Positions 18,151 through 25,497 of a stretch of DNA of 64,000 nt are shown here, piece by piece; within the stretch, counting starts at the first letter, position 1, and every line of letters starts with the position of its first letter. The stretch lies in the NCBI GenBank assembly GCA_964571195.1, contig CAZNAD010000010.1, positions 10,029-74,028 on the forward strand, in the 5' to 3' direction. The stretch is from an uncultured Gallionellaceae bacterium (GTDB taxonomy: Bacteria > Pseudomonadota > Gammaproteobacteria > Burkholderiales > Gallionellaceae). Below the pieces are notes generated by a model. That model ran no database searches. It had not been told where the DNA came from and worked only from the letters and a program-made list of their open reading frames with translations. Position numbers and translations under genes: made by a program.

Positions 18151-18465
18151 GATAGGGATGGCTCAAAAATCAATCTGTTATCTAATGTTTGATGTCTGGA
18201 TTCGGCTCAGGGCGTACTTTGGCACAAACTCGCCGACGAGACATACCCCATTTGGATGATGCGGCACGGTGCGACGTGCAGGTATAGTTGCCGCTGTGAT
18301 TTCAGCACTCAGCGGGCTTGCCGGGGAAGCGCTTGTCAAGTTTCGGGGCGTGGGGTAAATTGCGTTCGCGCTGTATCTACGGGGGGCCGTTGCGTAACGG
18401 TGCGGGAATCAGGATTCATTTCGAGGTTTTATTTTATTAACTTTAGAGTGTCGGGAGTGTTAGAA

Positions 18466-19071
18466 ATGTCAAAAATCACCAAAGCATTGTTGTTGTCCGT
18501 TGTTGCATTCGGCCTCGCTGCCTGTGAGACGAATCCACCTAAAGAAGCACCAAAAGCCAAGGTGGCTGATTGCACCTTCCCAAGTTCACCTGATGTGGCT
18601 GCACCGGACTGGGTCTGTACTGGTTCGGCAGAAGGCGTGGAAGTGAGTGCGGTAGGTTCGGAGAAGATCGTTTCCGGCGAAACTGATTTTGCGCAGACCA
18701 TGGCCATTGCTTCGGCGCGCCTCAAGCTGGCAGGGCAAATGAAGACACACGTGACCGGTATGGTTAAGAAATATATGGAGACCACTGGAGCGGGCAACAG
18801 CGCTACCGTAGATAAGGTGAACACTTCGGTCACCAAGCAGATTACCAACGAAACATTGGTTGGCAGCAAGATGTTCAAGAGCCGCACATCGCCGGACGGC
18901 ACTGTTTACGTGTTGGTCGGTCTGGATGAAAAAGCAGTTCAGAAAAATACTGAAACAGCCGTCAAGACCAGCATGGGTAACGATCAGGCGCTGTGGCAGC
19001 AGTTCAAGGCCAGCAAGGCTCAGGATGAATTGGCGGCCGATATCGCCAAGCAGAAATTAGACGCAAAATAA
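18466..19071 (+). CDS. LPP20-like lipoprotein
   Basis: ATG at 18466 (MSKITKALLLSVVAFGLAAC: lipobox LAAC). Paralogue of 8749-9264. The ORF-track N-terminal extension from 18256 is Cys/Arg-rich and looks non-coding. Confidence 0.75.
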   Translation: MSKITKALLLSVVAFGLAACETNPPKEAPKAKVADCTFPSSPDVAAPDWVCTGSAEGVEVSAVGSEKIVSGETDFAQTMAIASARLKLAGQMKTHVTGMVKKYMETTGAGNSATVDKVNTSVTKQITNETLVGSKMFKSRTSPDGTVYVLVGLDEKAVQKNTETAVKTSMGNDQALWQQFKASKAQDELAADIAKQKLDAK

Positions 19072-19095
19072 ACTCATGAAGCTGTGACCGTATGG

Positions 19096-19129
19096 ATGCC
19101 TATACCCTTTCGGGTGTAGGCATTTTTTA
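19096..19129 (+). terminator. Rho-independent terminator
   Basis: ATGCCTATACCC-tttc-GGGTGTAGGCAT followed by T6. Confidence 0.75.
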
Positions 19130-19190
19130 TGGTGGTTTGCGGGATTGCTCCCAGAGAGCTGTCTCCGACAATAGACAGATAGGCTAGCCC

Positions 19191-19952
19191 ATGTACACGA
19201 CAATCAAAGCAATACTTTATTTGCTGATATCGCTCTCGGCGAGCGCATGTTTTGCTGCGGAGCGTATCGAGATCGTAAAATCAGATGGTGAGGTGACGGT
19301 CAGTAAATCCGCCGGTGCCCAATCTAAGGTTGTGTCAGCCGGAAAAGCTTTGCCTTCGGTCAATACGTTATCTACCGGAGCTGGCGGACGTGCGGTCGTG
19401 CGGGTGGGAAACACGGGTTACCTCGTGCTGGAAAAAAACAGCTCGGTCGAGATCAATGCGGCCAATACCTCGGCCAGTTTCTTCCGGCAACTGACCGGCA
19501 AGATTTATTACGCGGTGAATACCCTCAAGGGGAAATCGCACACGCTTGAGGTGAGAACCAAGGTTGCTACCATCGGTGTGCGCGGCACACGCTTTCTGGT
19601 GACGGACGATACGGAACGTAACGAGATCGGTATGCGCAAGGGAGAGGTCAATGTTGCCACCACGGGAGAGGAATTCGAGGTGCATAAACAGTTGGCACAA
19701 GAAGAGTGGGAGGCGATGAAGCAAGAGGCGCAGGCTGCGATCAATAAGGAAAAGTCCGATTTCGAGACGTATAAGGAAAACACGCAGAAGGAGTTCGTCG
19801 AATACAAGCGCGAACTTCTCTTGGGGGCGGATCGGATGTTGGCGTTTGATGGCAAGCGTGTGGATGATCGTCCCTTGGGTGGTGACACCAAGGCAGATAT
19901 GGAAAGCCTGGAAAACTATGCTGGGCAGTGGTTGAATAAAGTTAAAGATTAA
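19191..19952 (+). CDS. Exported FecR-domain protein with a coiled-coil C-terminus
   Basis: Signal peptide (..SACFAA). FecR-like motifs (GRAVVRVGNTGYLVLEKNSSVEI; ATIGVRGTRFLV). Charged helical tail. Confidence 0.75.
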   Translation: MYTTIKAILYLLISLSASACFAAERIEIVKSDGEVTVSKSAGAQSKVVSAGKALPSVNTLSTGAGGRAVVRVGNTGYLVLEKNSSVEINAANTSASFFRQLTGKIYYAVNTLKGKSHTLEVRTKVATIGVRGTRFLVTDDTERNEIGMRKGEVNVATTGEEFEVHKQLAQEEWEAMKQEAQAAINKEKSDFETYKENTQKEFVEYKRELLLGADRMLAFDGKRVDDRPLGGDTKADMESLENYAGQWLNKVKD

Positions 19953-19958
19953 AGGGGG

Positions 19959-20363
19959 ATGGAAATGAAGCGTATTGGTATTTGCCTGATCATGTTGTTA
20001 AGCGTTCTGGTGTCGGCATGTGCGACTCCTGCGGCACCCGTCGCGGCTAATGCAAGACCGGCATGGATAGACAATCCGGGAGATGGTGTATCGGCTTCGG
20101 CGGGTATGCATGTACGCGGCAAAGCCATGCAGGAAGAGTTGGCGATCTCGCGTGCCAGAGTCGAGTTCGCAAAACGCTTTGGCGTGACGATAGAGTCCGT
20201 CGGGATCTATACCAAGAATATGGCAGGTGGAAAGTCAACAACGACCGGCAGTCAGGTCTCGCAAGAGCAAAGTAAACAAACTGATGTGAAAGCCATGGTG
20301 AAAGCAAAATGGCACGATCAGGAGGCTGATGTGCTGTACGTTTGGCTGGTTCCCAGTAATTAA
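19959..20363 (+). CDS. LPP20-like lipoprotein
   Basis: Lipobox LVSAC. PAWIDNPGDG...GKAMQEELAISRARVEFAKR resembles LPP20-family sequences. 7-nt gap after the FecR gene. Confidence 0.6.
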   Translation: MEMKRIGICLIMLLSVLVSACATPAAPVAANARPAWIDNPGDGVSASAGMHVRGKAMQEELAISRARVEFAKRFGVTIESVGIYTKNMAGGKSTTTGSQVSQEQSKQTDVKAMVKAKWHDQEADVLYVWLVPSN

Positions 20364-20449
20364 ATCTTAACGGCCTGTATGGGGGGCAGCGTTGGAGGTG
20401 CCCCGCTGTCGAAATGGTTTATCGGATTTTGTTTGGAGAGGAATGGCAT

Positions 20450-21955
20450 ATGGATGTGACGAGGGGTCGGAAAGCGGCAAGGTTATTCTCGGTGGCGGGG
20501 CTACTGTGTTTGCCTTTGAACGGTGCGTTTGCGCAGGATGACTTCGAGGCATACCGCCGCCAGCAAGCTCAGGGGGCGCAACAGGAAAAAGCCAGATTCG
20601 ATGTTTACAAAGAGCAGCAAGACCGCGAATTTGCCGGATTCCTGAAAAGCCAGTGGAGCGAATTCGAAACCTTTCAGGGCAAGGTGCGGATCAAAGAGCC
20701 CAAGCCCAAGCAACCCCCGGTCGCTTTGCCTGTTGTGGTTGCGCCTACCGCCAAGCCTGTTCCAGTCACGCCTCCCGTTGCTGTGGCACCGTTACTCGCG
20801 CCGGTGACCCCTCCGCCACCTCCGGCGCAACCCAAGCCCGTTACCGTTGGAGCCGATCAGTTAGATTTGATGTTCTACGGTAATGCAGTGGGATTTGCGT
20901 TCGATCCGCAATGGAAAACCTATCGCTTAACCGGCGGAGCCAAACCGGAAACCATCAGTGAGTTCTGGACCACGATGAGCGGCAGTAAATACGAGGCGAC
21001 ACTTCAGGCGATCAATGCGGCGCGCAAAGAGTTAAAGCTGGATGATTGGGGGTATGTCACATTGTGGCGCGATGTGGTGCGCGCGCTGCAACCGGAACGC
21101 CAGTCCGAGCAAAATCTGTTGCTTTGGTTCTTTCTGGTCAAGTCGGGATATGACGTGCGCCTGGGGTATTACGAGAAAGATGTGTTCCTTTTTGTAGCCA
21201 TCAAACAGCCTGTGTATTCGACGAAATACACCAGAGTTAACGATCAAACTTATTATGCGGCGCTGGCTGCCGATCACGGCAATGGCATCCGGGCTTTCTA
21301 CAGCTATAAATCAGACTATCCGGCAAAGCTGAAAGCGCTGGATATAAAATCCGCCGCCACCGGATTTACCAAGACGGTTTCCGCGCAACGCGAACTCGCT
21401 TTCGACTACAAGGGGAAAACGATCAAGCTCTCCGTTCCCTATGATCGCCGTTTGGTCGAATATATGAGCACGTTTCCCCAATCCGAATTCGAGTTGTATT
21501 TTGATACGGACGGTAGCTCCGTGTTGAAAGGCGCGTTACTCGCTGAATTGAAAAAATATACGGCTACGATGAGCGAAGAAGAGGCGGTGAATTTCCTGCT
21601 TGCCTTCGTCCAGAAAGCCTTTGCCTACAAGACCGATGATGATCAATTCGGTGCCGAAAAATACTTCTTCGTTGAAGAGTCGCTGCACTTCCCTTACAAC
21701 GACTGCGAAGACCGCTCTGTGCTGTTTGCTTGGCTGGTACACGAACTGGTCGGGATCAAAGTGGTCGGCTTGCTTTATCCGGGGCACATGACCACGGCTG
21801 TCGAATTAAAACAGGTGAACGACGAATTTTTCACCGTGACCTACCAAAACAAGCGGCTGGTCGTCGCCGACCCAACGTATATCGGGGCATCAGTCGGCAT
21901 GGCGATGCCTTCTTATGCCAAATACAAACCTAAGCGGGTGGTGGAGATTCAGTGA
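20450..21955 (+). CDS. Exported protein with a Pro-rich linker and a C-terminal transglutaminase-like (Cys-His-Asp) core
   Basis: Signal peptide (..NGAFAQ). PKPKQPPVALPVVVAPTAKPVPVTPP linker. Putative triad context YNDCEDRS ... YPGHMTTAV ... VVADPT. Confidence 0.6.
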   Translation: MDVTRGRKAARLFSVAGLLCLPLNGAFAQDDFEAYRRQQAQGAQQEKARFDVYKEQQDREFAGFLKSQWSEFETFQGKVRIKEPKPKQPPVALPVVVAPTAKPVPVTPPVAVAPLLAPVTPPPPPAQPKPVTVGADQLDLMFYGNAVGFAFDPQWKTYRLTGGAKPETISEFWTTMSGSKYEATLQAINAARKELKLDDWGYVTLWRDVVRALQPERQSEQNLLLWFFLVKSGYDVRLGYYEKDVFLFVAIKQPVYSTKYTRVNDQTYYAALAADHGNGIRAFYSYKSDYPAKLKALDIKSAATGFTKTVSAQRELAFDYKGKTIKLSVPYDRRLVEYMSTFPQSEFELYFDTDGSSVLKGALLAELKKYTATMSEEEAVNFLLAFVQKAFAYKTDDDQFGAEKYFFVEESLHFPYNDCEDRSVLFAWLVHELVGIKVVGLLYPGHMTTAVELKQVNDEFFTVTYQNKRLVVADPTYIGASVGMAMPSYAKYKPKRVVEIQ

Positions 21956-22020
21956 GCCTGTATTCGCTGACAGGGGTGTTCCCCGCCCGCTTGAGAAACG
22001 GCCTGACTATGGACGCTGTA

Positions 22021-22398
22021 ATGCGCATCTCAAAATTCTTTATGATTGCTGCGCTGCTGGTGACTGTGGCGGCCTGCGACAAGAAAGTCGAAGTCACGGA
22101 AGCTGCGCCCGCTGGCAAGGTCGAGGCGCAACAGGCTTTGCCGGCTGTGCAGCCGAAGCATGATCTGCCGTCGTCGGAGCAGCCGAAGCATGCTGACGAG
22201 TCGCCGGGAAAAAAGGCCGGAAACGAGGTTAACGGCGGGGAGCATAAACCAGTCGCCAAACCGGAAAGCGCAGAACAGGTCTTGGAGAGCGTCATTCCCA
22301 ATAGGCAGGAGCCGGAGGATGCGCGTGTCGCCGAACAAAAGCGGCGCGGCAAAAAGGCGGAAGATGAGATGTTGCAGGAGATTGACAAATATAAGTGA
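22021..22398 (+). CDS. Low-complexity (Lys/Glu/Pro-rich) lipoprotein
   Basis: ATG at 22021 (MRISKFFMIAALLVTVAAC: lipobox VAAC). The rest is predicted disordered. Confidence 0.55.
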   Translation: MRISKFFMIAALLVTVAACDKKVEVTEAAPAGKVEAQQALPAVQPKHDLPSSEQPKHADESPGKKAGNEVNGGEHKPVAKPESAEQVLESVIPNRQEPEDARVAEQKRRGKKAEDEMLQEIDKYK

Positions 22399-22524
22399 CG
22401 ACTGCGCGCGCAGCCCAATACGAACGAGCAGCATGGGAATGCGATTTTTCAGTGACGTTGTTCGGGCAAATATCCGAGCCGTGTTTACGGTAACGTACGG
22501 AAATATTTAAATCAGAGGTTAGCA

Positions 22525-25458
22525 ATGAACTACTTCACTCTATTGAAACGTGTTGCTCCGATGAGCGCAACCGCGTTTTTTCTGGGAGGTCTCTTTCTCT
22601 GCGGTTTACAACCGGTTTACGCGGGAGACCCGCCCGCCGAGCCTATGTTGCGCTTCGATCTCGGCGAACACACAGGTGTGCTTCGCCGCATTGCAGTGGA
22701 CGATGAAGGCCGCTTTGCTGTGACATCTTCAGATGACAAGACGGCGCGGGTGTGGAGTTTGCCGGACGGGCGTTTGCTTTCTACCTTGCGCGTTCCCCTC
22801 AGTGGCGGTAACGAGGGCAAACTGTTTGCCGTGGCGATGTCGCCCGATGGCAATACCGTTGCCTTGGGTGGGTGGACTGGTTGGGACTACGAGAATTCGA
22901 TGTCTATTTTTCTTTTTGATCGAGCCAGTGGTCGCATGTTGCGCCGCCTGACCGGTTTGCCGGAGGTGATCAATCACCTCGCGTTTTCACCCGATGGCCG
23001 CCTGCTGGCGGCGTGCATGGGGAGTCAAAGTGGTATTCGCCTGTTTTCCGTAAGTACCGGACGCTTGTTGGCGGAAGATGCGGACTATGGTGCCAGCAGC
23101 TATTCTGTGCATTTCAGTCGCGACGGGCGTTTGCTGGCCAGCAGTTACGATGGTTATCTGCGCATGTACCGCTGGAATGGACAAACATTGAGCCTGCTGG
23201 CCAAACGTACCGTTCCCGGCGGGAGTCAGCCGGAAGGGGCACGATTTTCACCGGATGGTACACGCATAGCCGTGGGATTCAGTGACTCGACAGCGGTCAA
23301 TGTGTTGGATGGGGATGATCTCAGTTTCTTGTATGCGCCGGATACTGCGGGCGTAGGTGCGAAATTAAGCAGTGTGGCGTGGTCTGCCGATGGTCAAACG
23401 CTGTACGCAGGCGGGCAGGCGCAAGCTAAATATGATGAAGGGTGGCGACAATATATCCGCCGCTATGAGCAGGCTGGGCGCGGGGCAGCACAGAACATCC
23501 CGGTGGTCACTGACAGCATTATGGCGCTGGTTCCCTTGCCCGATGGTGGTTTGGTGTTCGGATCGGCGGCCTCTTCATGGGGCATGCTGGATGCTCAAGG
23601 CCGGCGTGTATTGCTTCATACGCCAGTGATTCCCGATTATCGGAATCTATTGGAAGGATTCACCTTGTCTGCCGATGGTACGCAGGTGCGTTTCGGTTAT
23701 GAATGGCCAGGCAAGTCTCCTGTGGTGCTCGATAGTCGTACCCGCAGCCTGTTGGCGGATGATGTCCCCGGTTTGATCCCCCCTGTGGTCAGTATGCCAG
23801 GTCTGGATGTGACCGGCTGGGAACACACGACCGCTCCCAAGCTCAACGGAACTGCACTCCCGCTCCAGTCATATGAGTTCTCGAGCAGCATGGCGTTCGC
23901 GCCGGATGGCAGTGGTTTGGCGCTGGGGTCAAGTTGGAATTTGCGCTTTTTCGACCGTAATGGCAATAAGCGCTGGGGACATCCAACCCCCGGTTCCGCG
24001 TGGGCTGTGAATATATCTCAGGACGGACGTTGGGTTGTGGCAGCCTATGGCGACGGCACGATACGCTGGCATCGAGCCTCCGATGGTGTCGAGCAGATGG
24101 CGTTCTTCCCGCATGCGGACAAGAAGCGCTGGGTGATGTGGACACCCTCCGGTTATTACGCTGCATCACCCGGCGCGGAAGACTTGATCGGTTGGCATCT
24201 GAATAACGGCAAAGATCGTGCGGCAGACTTCTTCCCGGCTTCGCGTTTCCGCGAACGTTATTATCGTCCCGATGTGCTGGCGAAAGTCTTTGATACGCAG
24301 GACGAAGCCCAGGCTGTGCAGATGGCGAATGCCGAATCCGGCCGTAGACAGACTGCGATGGCTTCCATCGCGGAGATATTGCCGCCGGTAGTGGAAATCA
24401 TTTCTCCTGTCGCTGACGCTCCTGTCCGGTCGAGCAAAGTCACCGTGCGCTACCGTGTGCGCACGCTGCCCGATGCGCCGGTGACGGGCATCCGTGTTCG
24501 TGTGAACGGACAGTCGGTCAGCGCGGAACGCGCATTAAAACGCAAGGAGGAATCCGGCAACGAAATTCGCGAGGTTGAGGTCGACATCCCGGAACAGGAT
24601 AGCGATATCGCGCTGTTTGCCGAGAACAAGAACGGTATTTCCACGGCCGCATTGTTGCACCTTGAATGGGCGGGTAAAAAAGCTGCTGTCGAAGCGGTGC
24701 AATTCAAACCCAAACTGTATGTACTGGCGGTGGGGGTGTCGAAATACAAGAACCCGGACTACAACCTGGGATTGGCCGCAAAAGATGCAAAAGACTTCGC
24801 TGCCGTGCTGCAAAAACAGCAGGGTAGACTGTATGGCGAGGTCGTGGTCAAGCTGCTTACCGATAACGGTGCGACACGTGATGATGTGGTGGACGGATTG
24901 GAGTGGTTGAAGCAGCAAGTGACTACCCGCGACGTGGGCATGATGTTCATTGCCGGTCACGGCATGAACGACAACCAGGGCAAATATTTCTTCTTGCCGC
25001 ACAATGCCGATCCAGACAAGTTATTGCGTACCGGTGTGGCGCAGACCGACATTCGCGATACGCTGAATTCGCTAGCGGGCAAGGCCGTATTCTTTGTGGA
25101 CACCTGTCATGCGGGTAATGCGTTGGGCACCTCCAAGACCCGCGCCATTGGCGGTACGGCAGATGCCTTCATCAACGAACTGGGTTCGGCGGAGAACGGT
25201 GTGGTGGTGTTTTCATCTTCTACCGGAAAACAGTTATCGCAGGAGAATCCTGCCTGGGGTAACGGCGCTTTCACCAAAGCGGTGGTCGAGGGCTTGAGTG
25301 GCAAGGCGGACTTTACCAAGAATGGCAAAATCACTCATAAGGGGTTGGATTATTACGTTACCGAGCGCGTGAAAGAGCTGACCAAGGGGCAACAGTCTCC
25401 GGTTGCCATCGCACCGAATGGCATCACGGATTTCCCGATCGCGGTGGCAGGGAAATAA
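22525..25458 (+). CDS. Exported WD40-repeat / Ig-like linker / caspase (peptidase C14) fusion protein, copy B
   Basis: 977 aa. Signal peptide (..QPVYA|GD). 57 of 85 hand-aligned N-terminal residues are identical to copy A. Dyad motifs MMFIAGHGMND and VFFVDTCHAGN. Confidence 0.85.
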   Translation: MNYFTLLKRVAPMSATAFFLGGLFLCGLQPVYAGDPPAEPMLRFDLGEHTGVLRRIAVDDEGRFAVTSSDDKTARVWSLPDGRLLSTLRVPLSGGNEGKLFAVAMSPDGNTVALGGWTGWDYENSMSIFLFDRASGRMLRRLTGLPEVINHLAFSPDGRLLAACMGSQSGIRLFSVSTGRLLAEDADYGASSYSVHFSRDGRLLASSYDGYLRMYRWNGQTLSLLAKRTVPGGSQPEGARFSPDGTRIAVGFSDSTAVNVLDGDDLSFLYAPDTAGVGAKLSSVAWSADGQTLYAGGQAQAKYDEGWRQYIRRYEQAGRGAAQNIPVVTDSIMALVPLPDGGLVFGSAASSWGMLDAQGRRVLLHTPVIPDYRNLLEGFTLSADGTQVRFGYEWPGKSPVVLDSRTRSLLADDVPGLIPPVVSMPGLDVTGWEHTTAPKLNGTALPLQSYEFSSSMAFAPDGSGLALGSSWNLRFFDRNGNKRWGHPTPGSAWAVNISQDGRWVVAAYGDGTIRWHRASDGVEQMAFFPHADKKRWVMWTPSGYYAASPGAEDLIGWHLNNGKDRAADFFPASRFRERYYRPDVLAKVFDTQDEAQAVQMANAESGRRQTAMASIAEILPPVVEIISPVADAPVRSSKVTVRYRVRTLPDAPVTGIRVRVNGQSVSAERALKRKEESGNEIREVEVDIPEQDSDIALFAENKNGISTAALLHLEWAGKKAAVEAVQFKPKLYVLAVGVSKYKNPDYNLGLAAKDAKDFAAVLQKQQGRLYGEVVVKLLTDNGATRDDVVDGLEWLKQQVTTRDVGMMFIAGHGMNDNQGKYFFLPHNADPDKLLRTGVAQTDIRDTLNSLAGKAVFFVDTCHAGNALGTSKTRAIGGTADAFINELGSAENGVVVFSSSTGKQLSQENPAWGNGAFTKAVVEGLSGKADFTKNGKITHKGLDYYVTERVKELTKGQQSPVAIAPNGITDFPIAVAGK

Positions 25459-25497
25459 GCGGCCAGACGACAACATTTACCAATAGATTTAAATGAT

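Noticed and set aside
18256-18465. 70-aa N-terminal extension of the LPP20-like lipoprotein ORF.
   Set aside because: The extension is Cys/Arg-rich and looks non-coding. The internal ATG at 18466 gives a canonical lipoprotein signal peptide (lipobox LAAC).
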